DNA from: Eledone cirrhosa
Taxonomy: Eukaryota
NCBI GenBank assembly: GCA_964016885.1
Contig: OZ024764.1
Coordinates: forward strand, 27,776,001-27,840,000
DNA length: 64,000 nt
Reading direction: 5' to 3'
Of this stretch, positions 1-13,239 are shown in pieces. The translations under genes were made by a program, and so were the position numbers. Positions within the stretch are counted from its first letter, which is position 1. Every line of letters begins with the position of its first letter. The notes below the pieces were generated by a model, which saw only the letters and a program-made list of their open reading frames with translations, did not search any database and was not told the DNA's origin.

Positions 1-3000
1 TGAAACGAGAGAGTGAGAGCTAGAGGAAACGAGAGAGAGAGGAAACGAGAGTAGAGAGCGAGATGAAACAGGAGAGAGAGAGCGAGATGAAACAGGAGAG
101 AGAGAGCGAGATGAAACAGGAGAGAGAGAGCGAGATGAAACAGGAGAGAGAGAGCGAGATGAAACAGGAGAGAGAGAGCGAGATGAAACGAGAGGGAGAG
201 AGAGATGAAACGAGAGAGCGAGAGAGAGATAGAGGGAGATGAAACGACAGAGAGAGAGACAGATGAAACGAGGGAGATAGAGATGAAACGAGAGAGAGAG
301 ATGAAACGAGAGAGAGGAAGAGAGAGATGGAACGAGAGAGAGGAAGAGAGAGATGGAACGAGAGAGAGGAAGACAGAGATGAAACGAGAGAGAGAGAGAG
401 CGAGATGAAACGAGAAAGAGGAAGAGAGAGAACGCGAGATGAAACGAGAGAGAGAGAGAGCAAGATGAAACGAGAGAGAGGAAGAGAGAGAGCGCAAGAT
501 GAAACGAGAGAGAGAGAGCGCGAGATGAAAGTCTGTCATGTAATGTTATGGACACATCTGCCCTTGGGGCTAATAATTGTCATGTAATGTTATGGAAATC
601 TCTGCCCCTGTGGCTAATAATTCTGTCATGTAATGTTATGGACATCTCTGCCCCTGTGGCTAATAATTCTGTCATGTAATGTTATGGACATCTCTGCCCC
701 TGTGGCTAATAAATCTGTCATGTAATGTAATGGACATCTCTGCCCCTGTGGCTAATAATTCTGACATGTAATGTTATGGACATCTCTGCCCCTGTGGCTA
801 ATAAATATGACATGTAATGTTATGGACATCTCTGCCCCTGTGGCTAATAAATCTGTCATGTAATGTTATGGACATCTCTGCCCCTGTGGCTAATAATTCT
901 GACATGTAATGTTATGGACATCTCTGCCCCTGTGGCTAATAATTCTGAGAGAGATGAAACAAGTGAGGGATTAGATAGAGATGAAACAAGTGAGGGATTA
1001 GAGTGTTGAAACAAGAGAGAGAGAGGAAGAGAGAGTGAAAGCGAAATCAAACGAGAGAGAGCGAGATGAAATGAGAGAGTGAGAGCGAGATGAAACGAGA
1101 GAGAGAGAGAGAGCGAGATGAAATGAGAGAGAGAGAGCGAGATGAAATGAGAGAGAGAGAGCGAGATGAAATGAGACAGAGAGAGCGGGATGAAACGAGA
1201 CAGAGAGAGCGAGAGCGAGATGAAACGAGACAGAGAGAGCGAGATGAAACGAGAGAGAGAGAGCGAGATGAAATGAGAGAGAGAGAGCGAGATGAAATGA
1301 GAGAGAGAGAGCGAGATGAAACGAGAGAGTGAGAGCGAGATGGAACGAGACAGAGAGAGCGAGATGAAACGAGAGTGGGAGAGCTAGATGAAACGAGAGA
1401 GAGAGGAAACGAGAGAGACGAAACGAGAGAGAGGAAACGAGAGTAGAGAGCGAGATGAAACAGGAGAGAGACAGCGAGATGAAACAGGAGAGAGCGAGAT
1501 GAAACGAGAGGGAGAGAGAGATGAAACGAGAGAGCGAGAGAGAGATAGAGGGAGATGAAACGACAGAGAGAGATACAGATGAAACGAGGGAGATAGAGAT
1601 GAAACGAGAGAGAGAGATGAAACGAGAGAGAGGAAGAGAGAGATGGAACGAGAGAGAGGAAGAGAGAGATGGAACGAGAGAGAGGAAGACAGAGATGAAA
1701 CGAGAGAGAGAGAGAGCAAGATGAAACGAGAGAGAGAGATGTAACGAGAGAGAGGAAGAGAGAGATGGAACGAGAGAGAGGAAGAGAGAGATGGAACGAG
1801 CGAGAGGAAGACAGAGATGAAACGAGACAGAGAGAGATCGAGATGAAACGAGAGAGAGGAAGAGAGAGAGCGCAAGATGAAACGAGAGAGAGAGAGAGAG
1901 CGAGATGAAACGAGAGAGAGGAAGAGAGAGAGCGCGAGATGAAACGAGAGAGAGGAAGAGAGAGAGCGCGAGATGAAATGAGAGAGAGAGAGCGAGATGA
2001 AATGAGAGATTGAGAGTGAGATGAAACGAGAGAGTGAGAGAGAGCGAGATGAAATGAGAGAGAGAGAGCGAGATGAAATGAGAGAGAGAGAGCGAGATAA
2101 AACGAGACAGAGAGAGCGGGATGAAACGAGACAGAGAGATCGAGATGAAATGAGAGAGAGAGAGCGAGATGAAATGAGAGAGAGAGAACGAGATGAAACG
2201 AGAGAGTGAGAGCGAGATGGAACGAGTCAGAGAGAGCGAGATGAAACGAGTCAGAGAGAGCGAGATGAAACGAGAGAGTGAGAGCTAGATGAAACGAGAG
2301 AGAGAGGAAACGAGGGAGGAAACGAGAGAGAGGAAACGAGAGAGAGGAAACGAGAGTAGAGAGCAAGATGAAACAGGAGAGAGAGAGAGCGAGATGAAAC
2401 CGGAGAGAGAGAGCGAGATGAAACGAGAGGGAGGGAGAGATGAAACGAGAGAGCGAGAGAGAGATAGAGGGAGATGAAACGAGAGAGTGATAGCTAGATG
2501 AAACGAGAGAGAGAGGAATAGAGAGATGGAACGAGAGAGAGGAAGACAGATATGAAACGAGAGAGAGAGAGCGAGATGAAACGAGAGAGAGGAAGAGAGA
2601 GAGCGCGAGATGAAACGAGAGAGAGGAAGAGAGAGAGCGCGAGGTGAAACGAGAGAGAGAGCGAGATGAAACGAGAGAGAGAGAGAGCGAGATGAAACGA
2701 GAGAGAGGAAGAGAGAGAGCGCGAGATGAAAGTCTGTCATGTAATGTTATGGACATATCTGCCCCTGGGGCTAATAATTGTCATGTAATGTTATGGACAT
2801 ATCTGCCCTTGGGGCTAATAATTGTCATGTAATGTTATGCACATCTCTGCCCCTGTGGCAAATAATTCTGTCATGTAATGTTATGGACATCTCTGTCCCT
2901 GTGGCTAATAATTATGTCATGTAATGTTATGGACATCTCTGCCCCTGTGGCTAATAATTCTGTCATGTAATGTTATGGACATCTCTGCCCCTGTGGCTAA

Positions 3001-4540
3001 TAAATTCGTCATGTAATGTTATGGACATCTCTGCCCCTGTGGCTAATAAATCTGTCATGTAATGTTATGGACATCTCTGCCCCTGTGGCTAATAATTCTG
3101 ACATGTAATGTTATGGATATCTCTGCCCCTGTGGCTAATAATTCTGAGAGAGATGAAACAAGTGAGGGATAAGAGAGAGATGAAACAAGTGAGGGATTAG
3201 AGTGTTGAAACAAGAGAGAGAGAGGAAGAGAGAGTGAGAGCGAGATCAAACGAGAGAGAGAGAGCGAGATGAAATGAGAGAGTGAGAGCGAGATGAAACG
3301 AGAGAGAGAGAGCGAGATGAAATGAGAGAGAGAGAGCGAGATGAAATGAGAGAGAGAGAGCGAGATGAAACGAGACAGAGAGAGCGAGATGAAACGAGAG
3401 AGAGAGAGAGCGAAATGAAACGAGACAGATTAGAGCGAGATGAAACGAGAGAGAGAGAGCGAGATGAAATGAGAGAGAGAGAGCGAGATGAAACGAGAGA
3501 GTGAGAGCTAGAGGAAACGAGAGAGAGAGGAAACGAGAGAGAGAGGAAACGAGAGAGAGGATACGAGAGAGAGGAAACGAGAGTAGAGAGCGAGATGAAA
3601 CAGGAGAGAGAGAGCGAGATGAAACAGGAGAGAGAGAGCGAGATGAAATGAGAGGGAGAGAGAGATGAAACGAGAGAGCGAGAGAGAGATAGAGGGAGAT
3701 GAAACGACAGAGAGAGAGACAGATGAAACGAGGGAGATAGAGATGAAACGAGAGAGAGAGATGAAACGAGAGAGAGGAAGAGAGAGATGGAACGAGAGAG
3801 AGGAAGAGAGAGATGGAACGAGAGAGAGGAAGACAGAGATGAAACGAGAGAGAGAGAGAGCGAGATGAAACGAGAGAGAGGAAGAGAGAGAACGCGAGAT
3901 GAAACGAGAGAGAGAGCAAGATGAAACGAGAGAGAGGAAGAGAGAGAGCGCAAGATGAAACGAGAGAGAGAGAGCGCGAGATGAAAGTCTGTCATGTAAT
4001 GTTATGGACATATCTGCACTTGGGGCTAATAATTGTCATGTAATGTTATGGAAATCTCTGCCCCTGTGGCTAATAATTCTGTCATTTAATGTTATGGACA
4101 TCTCTGCCCCTGTGGCTAATAATTCTGTCATGTAATGTTATGAACATCTCTGCCCCTGTGGCTAATAAATCTGTCATGTAATGTTATGGACATCTCTGCC
4201 CCTGTGGCTAATAATTCTGACATGTAATGTTATGGACATCTCTGCCCCTGTGGCTAATAAATATGACATGTAATGTTATGGACATCTCTGCCCCTGTGGC
4301 TAATAAATCTGTCATGTAATGTTATGGACATCTCTGCCCCTGTGGCTAATAATTCTGACATGTAATGTTATGGACATCTCTGCCCCTGTGGCTAATAAAT
4401 CTGTCATGTAATGTTATGGACATCTCTGCCCCTGTGGCTAATAATTCTGACATGTAATGTTATGGACATCTCTGCCCCTGTGGCTAATAATTCTGACATG
4501 TAATGTTATGGACATCTCTGCCCCTGTGGCTAATAATTCT
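1..4540 (+). repeat. Satellite, forward-oriented part; 46-mer arrays at ~533-947, ~2733-3146 and ~3989-4540
   Basis: GA-rich top strand with roughly 9, 9 and 12 units of the 46-mer. Confidence 0.93.
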
Positions 4541-7500
4541 GATTTATTAGCCACAGGGGCAGAGATGTCCATAACATTACATGACAGAATTATTAGCCAC
4601 AGGGGCATAGATTTCCATAACATTACGTGTCAGAATTATTAGCCACAGGGGCAGAGATGTCCATAACATTACATGTCAGAATTATTAGCCACAGGGGCAG
4701 AGATGTCCATAACATTACATGACAGAATTATTAGCCACAGGGGCAGAGATGACCATAACATTACATGACAATTATTAGCCACAGGGTCAGATATGTCAAT
4801 AACATTACATGACAGAGTTTCATCTTGCGCGCTCTCTCTCTCGTTTCATCTCGCTCTCCCTCTCTCTCGTTTCATCTCTGTCTTCCTCTCTCGTTTCATC
4901 TCGCTCTCTCTCTCTCTCGTTTCATCTCTGTCTTCCTCTCTCTCGTTCCATCTCTCACTTCCTCTCTCTCGTTCCATCTCTCTCTTCCTCTCTCTCGTTT
5001 CATCTCTATCTCCCTTCTTTCATCTGTCTCTCTCTCTGTCGTTTCATCTCGCGCTCTCTCTCTCTCTCGTTTCATCTTGCGCTCTCTCTCTCTCGTTTCG
5101 TCTTGCTCTCTCTCTCGTTTCACCTCTGTCTTCCTCTCTCTCGTTCCATCTCTCTCTTCCTCTCTCTCGTTCCATCTCTCTCATCCTCTCTCTCGTTTCA
5201 TCTCTATCTCCCTCCTTTCATCTGTCTCTCTCTCTGTCGTTTCATCTCGCGCTCTCTCTCTCTCGTTTCATCTTGCGCTCTCTCTCTCTCGTTTCATCTC
5301 GCTCTCTCTCTCGTTTCATCTCTGTCTTCCTCTCTCTCGTTCCATCTCTCTCTTCCTCTCTCTCGTTCCATCTCTCTCTTCCTCTCTCTCGTTTCATCTC
5401 TATCTCCCTTCTTTCATCTGTCTCGCTCTCTGTAGTTTCATCTCGCGCTCTCTCTCTCTCGTTTCATGTCGCGCTCTCTCTCACTCGTTTCATCTCGCTC
5501 TCTCTCTCTCGTTTCATCTCTGTCTTCCTCTCTCTCGTGCCATCTCTCTCTTCCTCTCTCTCGTTCCATCTCTCTCTTCCTCTCTCTCGTTTCATCTCTA
5601 TCTCCCTTGTTTCATCTCTCTCTCGCTCTCTCGTTTCATCTCTCTCTCCCTCTCGTTTCATCTCGCTCTCTCTCTCCTGTTTCATCTCGCTCTCTCTCTC
5701 TCGTTTCATCTCTGTCTTCCTCTCTCTCGTTCCATCTCTGTCTTCCTCTCTCTCGTTCCATGTCTCTCTTCCTCTCTCTCGTTTCATCTCGCTCTCCCTC
5801 GTTTCATCTCTCTCTCGCTCTCTCGTTTCATCTCTCTCTCCCTCTCATTTCATCTCGCTCTCTCTCTCTCATTTCATCTCGCTCTCTCTCTCTCGTTTCA
5901 TCTCGCTCTCCCTCTCTCGTTTCATCCCGCTCTCACTCTCTCATTTCTTCTCGCTCTCTCTCTCTTGTTTCAACACTCTAATCCCTCACTTGTTTACTAT
6001 CTCTCAGAATTATTAGCCACAGGGACAGAGATGACCATAACATTACATGTCAGAATTATTAGCCACAAGGGCAGAGATGTCCATAACATTACATGACAGA
6101 ATTATTAGCCACAGGGGCAGAGATGACCATAACATTACATGACAATTATTAGCCACAGGGGCAGATATGTCAATAACATTACATGACAGAGTTTCATCTC
6201 GCGCTCTCTCTCTCTCGTTTCATCTTGCGCTCTCTCTCTCTCTCGTTTCATCTTGCTCTCTCTCTCGTTTCATCTGTCTTCCTCTCTCTCGTTCCATCTC
6301 TCTCTTCCTCTCTCTCGTTCCATCTCTCTCATCCTCTCTCTCGTTTCATCTCTATCTCCCTCCTTTCATCTGTCTCTCTCTCTGTCGTTTCATCTCGCGC
6401 TCTCTCTCTCTCGTTTCATCTCGCGCTCTCTCTGTCTCGTTTCATCTCGCTCTCTCTCGTTTCATCTCTGTCTTCCTCTCTCTCGTTCCATCTCTCTCTT
6501 CCTCTCTCTCGTTCCATCTCTCTCTTCCTCTCTCTCGTTTCATCGCTATATCCCTCGTTTCATCTCTCTCTCGCTCTCTCGTTTCATCTCTCTCTCCCGC
6601 TCGTTTCTTCTCGCTCTCTCTCTCCTGTTTCATCTCGCTCTCTACTCTCGTTTCCTCTCTCTCATTTCCTCTCTCTCTCGTTTCATCTCTGTCTCGTTTC
6701 ATCTCGCTCTCTCTCTTTCTCGTTTGATCTCGCTCTCACTCTCTCGTTTCATCTCGCTTCTCTCACTCTCTTGTTTCATCTCGCTCTCTCTCTCTCTTGT
6801 TTCAACACTCTAATCCCTCACTTGTTTTATCTCTCTCTAATCCCTCACTTGGTTCATCTCTCTCAGAATTATTAGCCACAGGGGCAGAGATGTCCATAAC
6901 ATTACATGTCAGAATTATTAGCCACAGGGCAGAGATGTCCATAACATTACATGTCAGAATTATTAGCCACAGGGGCAGAGATGTCCATAACATTACATGT
7001 CAGAATTATTAGCCACAGGGGCAGAGATGTCCATAACATTACATGACAGAATTATTAGCCACAGGGGCAGAGATGTCCATAACATTACATGACAGAATTA
7101 TTAGCCATAGGGGCAGAGATGTCCATAACATTACATGACAATTATTAGCCCCAAGGGCAGATATGTCGATAACATTACATGAGAGAGTTTCATCTCGCGC
7201 TCTCTCTCGTTTCATCTCTGTCTTCCTCTCTCTCGTTCCATCTCCCTCTTCCTCTCTCTCGTTTCATCTCTCTCTTCTTCTCTCTCGTTTCATCTCTATC
7301 TCCCTCCTTTCATCTGTCTCTCTCTCTGTCGTTTCATCTCGCTCTCTCTCTCTCTCGTTTCATCTCTGTCTTCCTCTCTCTCGTTCCATCTCTCTCTTCC
7401 TCTCTCTCGTTTCATCTCTATCTCCCTCGTTTCATCTCTCTCTCGCTCTCTCGTTTCATCTCTCTCTCCCTCTCGTTTCATCTCGCTCTCTACTCTCGTT

Positions 7501-10500
7501 TCCTCTCTGTCTCGTTCCATCCCGCTCTCTCTCTCTCTCATTACATCTCGCTCTCTCTGTCTCGTTTCATCTCGCTCTCACTCTCTCGTTTCATCTCGTC
7601 TCTCTCACTATCGCGTTTCATCTCGCTCTCTCTCTCTTGTTTCAACACTCTAATCCCTCACTTGTTTTATCTCTCTCTAATCCCCCACTTGTTTCATCTC
7701 TCTCAGAATTATTAGCCACAGGGGGAGAGATGTCCATAAAATTACATGTAAGAATTATTAGCCACAGGGGCAGAGATGTCCATAACATTACATGACAATT
7801 ATTAGCCCGAAGGGCAGATATGTCCATAACATTACATGACAGAGTTTCATCCCGCGCTCTCTCTCTTGCTCTCTCTCGTTTCATCTCGCTCTCTCTCTCT
7901 CTCGTTTCATCTCGCTCTCTCGTTTCATCTCGCTCTCTCTCGTTTCATCTCTGTCTTCCTCTCTCTCGTTCCATCTCTCTCTTCCTCTCTCTCGTTCCAT
8001 CTCTCTCTTCCTCTCTCTCGTTCCATCTCTCTCTTCCTCTCTCTCGTTTCATTTCTATCTCCCTCCTTTCATCTGTCTCTCTCTCTGTCGTTTCATCTCG
8101 CGCTCTCTCTCTCTCGATTCATCTCGCGCTCTCTCTCTCTCGTTTCATCTCGCTCTCTCTCTCTCTCGTTTCATCTCTGTCTTCCTCTCTCTCGTTCCAT
8201 CTCTCTCTTCCTCCCTCTCTTCCTCTCTCTCGTTTCATCACTATCTCCCTCGTTTCATCTCTCTCTCCCTCTCGTTTCATCTCGCTCTCTCTCTCCTGTT
8301 TCATCTCGCTCTCTACTCTCGTTTACTCTCTGTCTCGTTCCATCCCGCTCTCTCTCTCTCTCATTACATCTCGCTCTCTCTGTCTCGTTTCATCTCGCTC
8401 TCTCTCTCTCTCGTTTCATCTCGCTCTCACTCTCTCGTTTCATCTCGCGTTTCATCTCACTCTCCCTGTCTAATTTCATCTCGCTCTCTCTCTCTCTCTT
8501 CCTCTCTCTCTCTTGTTTCAACACTCTAATCCCTCACTTGTTTTATCTCTCTCTAATCCCTCACTTGTTTCATCTCTCTCAGAATTATTAGCCACAGGGG
8601 CAGAGATGTCCATAACATTACATGTCAGAATTATTAGCCACAGGGCAGAGATGTCCATAACATTACATGTCAGAGTTATTAGCCACAGGGGCAGAGATGT
8701 CCATAACATTACATGTCAGAATTATTAGCCACAGGGGCGGAGACGTCCATAACATTACATGACAGAATTATTAGCCACAGGGGCAGAGATGACCATAACA
8801 TTACATGACAATTATTAGCCACAGGGGCAGATATATCAATAACATTACATGATAGAGTTTCATCTTGCGCTCTCTCTCTCTCGTTTCATCTTGCTCTCTC
8901 TCTCTCTCGTTTCATCTCTGTCTTCCTCTCTCTCGTTCCATCTCTCTCTTCCTCTCTCTCGTTCCATCTCTCTCATCCTCTCTCTCGTTTCATCTCTATC
9001 TCCCTCCTTTCATCTGTCTCTCTCTCTGTCGTTTCATCTCGTGCTCTCTCTCTCTCGTTTCATCTCGCGCTCTCTCTGTCTCGTTTCATCTCGCTCTCAC
9101 TCTCTCTCGTTTCATCTCTGTCTTCCTCTCTCTCGTTCCATCTCTCTCTTCCTCTCTCTCGTTCCATCTCTCTCATCCTCTCTCTCGTTTCATCTCTATC
9201 TCCCTCCTTTCATCTGTCTCTCTCTCTGTCGTTTCATCTCGTGCTCTCTCTCTCTCGTTTCATCTCGCGCTCTCTCTGTCTCGTTTCATCTCGCTCTCTC
9301 TCTCTCTCTCGTTTCATCTCTGTCTTCCTCTCTCTCGTTCCATCTCTCTCTTCCTCTCTCTCGTTTCATCTCGCTCTCTACTCTCGTTTCCTCTCTGTCT
9401 CGTTCCATCCCGCTCTCTCTCTCTCACATTACATCTCGCTCTCTCTGTCTCGTTTCATCTCGCTCTCTCTCTCTCTCGTTTCATCTCGCTCTCACTCTCT
9501 CGTTTCATCTCGCTTCTCTCACTATTGCGTTTCATCTCGCTCTCCCTGTCTCATTTCATCTCGCTCTCTCTCTCTCTCTTCCTCTCTCTCTCTTGTTTCA
9601 ACACTCTAATCCCTCACTTGTTTTATCTCTCTCTAATCCCTCCCTTGTTTCATCTCTCTCAGAATTATTAGCCACTGGGGCAGAGATGTCCATAACATTA
9701 CATGTCAGAGTTATTAGCCACAGGGGCAGAGATGTCCATAACATTACATGACAATTATTAGCCCCAAGGGCAGATATGTGCATAACATTACACGACAGAG
9801 TTTCATCTCGCGCTCTCTCTCTCTCGTTTCACCTCGCGCTCTCTCCCTTCCTCTCTCTCGTTTCATCTCGATCTCTCTCTCTCTCGTTTCACCTCTGTCT
9901 TTCATCTCTCTCTTCCTCTCTCTCTTCCTCTCTCTCGTTTCATCTCTATCTCCCTCCTTTCATCTGTCTCTCTCTCTGTCGTTTCATCTCGCGCTCTCTC
10001 TCTCTCTCCTTTCATCTCGTGCTCTCTCTCTCTCGTTTCATCTCTGTCTTCCTCTCTCTCGTTCCATCTCTCTCTTCCTCTCTCTCGTTTCATCTCTATC
10101 TCCCTCGTTTCATCTCTCTCTCCCTCTCGTTTCATCTCGCTCTCTCTCTCCTATTTCATCTCGCTCTCTACTCTCGTTTCCTCTCTGTCTCGTTCCATCC
10201 CGCTCTCTCTCTCTCTCATTACATCTCGCTCTCTCTGTCTCGTTTCATCTCGCTCTCTGTCTCTCTCGTTTCATCTCGTTCTCATTCTCTCGTTTCATCT
10301 CGCGTTTCATCTCACTCTCCCTGTCTCATTTCATCTCGCTCTCTCTCTCTCTTCCTCTCTCTCTCTTGTTTCAACACTCTAATCCCTCACTTGTTTTATC
10401 TCTCTCTAATCCCTCATTTGTTTCATCTCTCTCAGAATTATTAGCCACAGGGGCAGAGATGTCCATAACATTACATGTCAGAATTATTAGCCACAGGGCA

Positions 10501-12538
10501 GAGATGTCCATAACATTACAAGTCAGAATTATTAGCCACAGGGGCAGAGATGTCCATAACATTACATGTCAGAATTATTAGCCACAGGGGCGGAGACGTC
10601 CATAACATTACATGACAGAATTATTAGCCACAGGGGCAGAGATGACCATAACATTACATGACAATTATTAGCCACAGGGGCAGATATATCAATAACATTA
10701 CATGATAGAGTTTCATCTCGCGCTCTCTCTCTCTCGTTTCATCTTGCGCTCTCTCTCTCTCGTTTCATCTTGCTCTCTCTCTCTCTCGTTTCATCTCTGT
10801 CTTCCTCTCTCTCGTTCCATCTCTCTATTCCTCTCTCTCGTTCCATCTCTCTCATCCTCTCTCTCGTTTTATCTGTATCTCCCTCCTTCAATCTGTCTCT
10901 CTCTCTGTCGTTTCATCTCGTGCTCTCTCTCTCTCGTTTCATCTCGCGCTCTCTCTGTCTCGTTTCATCTCGCTCTCTCTCTCTCTCTCGTTTCATCTCT
11001 GTCTTCCTCTCTCTCGTTCCATCTCTCTCTTCCTCTTTCTCGTTCCATCTCTCTCTTCCTCTCTCTCGTTTCATCTCTATCTCCCTCATTTCATCTCTCT
11101 CTCTCCCTCTCGTTTCATCTCCCTCTCTACTCTCGTTTCCTCTCTGTCTCGTTCCATCCCGCTCTCTCTCTCTCTCTCATTACATCTCGCTCTCTCTGTC
11201 TCGTTTCATCTCGCTCTCTCTCGCTCTCGTTTCATCTCGCTCTCACTCTCTCGTTTCATCTCGCTTCTCTCACTATTGCGTTTCATCTCGCCCTCCCTGT
11301 CTCATTTCATCTCGCTCTCTCTCTCTCTCTTCCTCTCTCTCTCTTGTTTCAACACTCTAATCCCTCACTTGTTTTATCTCTCTCTAATCCCTCACTTGTT
11401 TCATCTCTCTCAGAATTATTAGCCACAGGGGCAGAGATGTCCATAACATTACATGTCAGAGTTATTAGCCACAGGGGCAGAGATGTCCATAACATTACAT
11501 GACAATTATTAGCCCCAAGGGCAGATATGTCCATAACATTACATGACAGAGTTTCATCTCGCGCTCTCTCTCTCTCGTTTCATCTCGCGCTCTCTCTCGT
11601 TTCATCTCGCTCTCTCTCTCTCTCGTTTCACCTCTGTCTTCCATCTCTCTCTTCCTCTCTCTCGTTCCATCTCACTCTTCCTCTCTCTCATTTCATCTCT
11701 CTCTCTCTCGTTTCATCTGTCTCTCTCTCTCTCTCCCTCTCGTTTCATCTCGCTCTCTCTCTCCTGTTTCATCTCGCTCTCTCTCTCTCATTTCATCTCG
11801 CTCTCTCTCTCTCGTTTCATCTCGCTCTCACTCTCTCGTTTCATCTCGCTCTCACTCTCTCGTTTCATCTCGCTCTCCCTGTCTCGTTTCATCTCGCTCA
11901 CACTCTCTCATTTCATTTCGCTCTCTCTCTCTTCTTTCAACACTCTAATCCCTCACTTGTTTCATCTCTCTCAGAATTATTAGCCACAGGGGCAGAGATG
12001 TCCATAACATTACATGTCAGAATTATTAGCCACAGGGCAGAGATGTCCATAACATCACATGTCAGAATCATTAGCCACAGGGGCAGAGATGTCCATAACA
12101 TTACATGTCAGAATTATTAGCCACAGGGGCAGAGATGTCCATAACATTACATGACAGATTTATTAGCCACAGGGGCAGAGATGTCCATAACATTACATGG
12201 CAGATTTATTAGCCACAGGGGCAGAGATGTCCATAACATTACATGTCAGAATTATTAGCCACAGGGGCAGAGATGTCCATAACATTACATGACAGATTTA
12301 TTAGCCACAGGGGCAGAGATGTCCATAACATTACATGACAGATTTATTAGCCACAGGGGCAGAGATGTCTATAACATTACATGACATAATTATTAGCCAC
12401 AGGGGCAGAGATGTCCATAACATTACATGACAGATTTATTAGCCATAGGGGCAGAGATGACCATAACATTACATGACAGAATTATTAGCCACAGGGGCAG
12501 AGATGTCCATAACATTACATGACAGAATTATTAGCCAC
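4541..12538 (-). repeat. Satellite, inverted part; 46-mer arrays at ~4541-4816, 6004-6190, 6863-7182, 7703-7842, 8580-8855, 9660-9798, 10433-10708, 11411-11549 and 11972-12538
   Basis: CT-rich top strand; the unit reads GAATTATTAGCCACAGGGGCAGAGATGTCCATAACATTACATGACA, the reverse complement of the 46-mer. Confidence 0.93.
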
Positions 12539-12766
12539 ATGTAATGTTATGGACATCTCTGCCCCTGTGGCTAATAATTCTGTCATGTTATGTTATGGAC
12601 ATCTCTGCCCCTGTGGCTAATAATTCTGATATGTAATGTTAGGGACATCTCTGCGCCAGTGGCTCATAATTCTGACATGTAATGTTATGGACATCTCTGC
12701 CCCTGTGGCTAATAATTCTGTCATGTAATGTTATGGACATCTCTGCCCCTGTGGCTAATAATTCTG
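12539..12766 (+). repeat. Terminal forward-oriented 46-mer array (~5 units)
   Basis: Orientation reverts at ttagccACATGTaatg. The array then joins unique sequence at gttcaaatctgactg, which in other copies (e.g. ~39035) is preceded by atagtga. Confidence 0.9.
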
Positions 12767-13112
12767 TTCAAATCTGACTGACATGCATGGTATATATTTA
12801 TGTTTCATTAGACACCGCCACAATACACAGGAACTTATAAAGATATGTATATATTGTCCAGGAGTTTCGAGTTTAGTGGGAATTGTACAAATCTCAATTG
12901 GAGCTAGTCCCTGCAAGATCAGCATAAATAATGTTATACCTTTTCATGAAATCTTGCACACCCGATATTTTATACATGATTATTTAAAGGTGAACAAAAA
13001 CCGAAGAACATTGAGCAGCATTTCTCAACCTTTCTACCCATGTTGATCTCTTGAAATAGTTTTTATGTCTCAAGGAAGCCTTGCATAAAATATACTTTTT
13101 CTATCTCTAGAG

Positions 13113-13230
13113 CAGTGGTTCCCAAATCGTGTGCTGTGAGATGAAACTAGATGAGCTGCAAAAGACTAAGATTAAGTTTTAAGATGTGAAAAATATAAAA
13201 CTGAAATTTCATATAAAAGTTCAAATATAG
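13113..13230 (+). mobile_element. hAT-like MITE terminal fragment (copies near 39386, 42072, 44744, 57291, 59781)
   Basis: CTCTAGAG followed by CAGTGGTTCCCAAA, resembling a Charlie/Buster-type target site plus TIR. Only one end is visible. Confidence 0.45.
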
Positions 13231-13239
13231 CTACAGCCA

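Larger units (their letters stand above)
1..12766. repeat. Composite satellite array: GA-rich blocks (GAGATGAAACGAGAGAGAGAGC-like, 0.4-1.8 kb) alternating with arrays of a 46-bp unit; runs off the window start
   Basis: 46-bp unit TGTCATGTAATGTTATGGACATCTCTGCCCCTGTGGCTAATAATTC (period seen at 601 to 647). Complete GA blocks carry the marker GAAACAAGTGAGGGATTAGAGTGTTGAAAC (or a close variant) next to the 46-mer array. About 11 composite monomers. Confidence 0.97.

Noticed and set aside
948-1020. GAGGGATTAG as a telomeric repeat; GATGA/GAAAC as a hammerhead ribozyme core
   Set aside because: No tandem TTAGGG is present, and there is no CUGANGA core with flanking stems.
20-12120. Long Ser/Leu-rich and Arg/Glu-rich ORFs (up to 569 aa), also at 47087-48472 and 62122-63511
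   Set aside because: They are open in several frames at once because CT/GA repeats lack stop codons; no coding signal.
533-12766. CRISPR-like look of the 46-bp repeats
   Set aside because: Units are directly adjacent with no unique spacers, there are no cas genes, and the context is eukaryotic.
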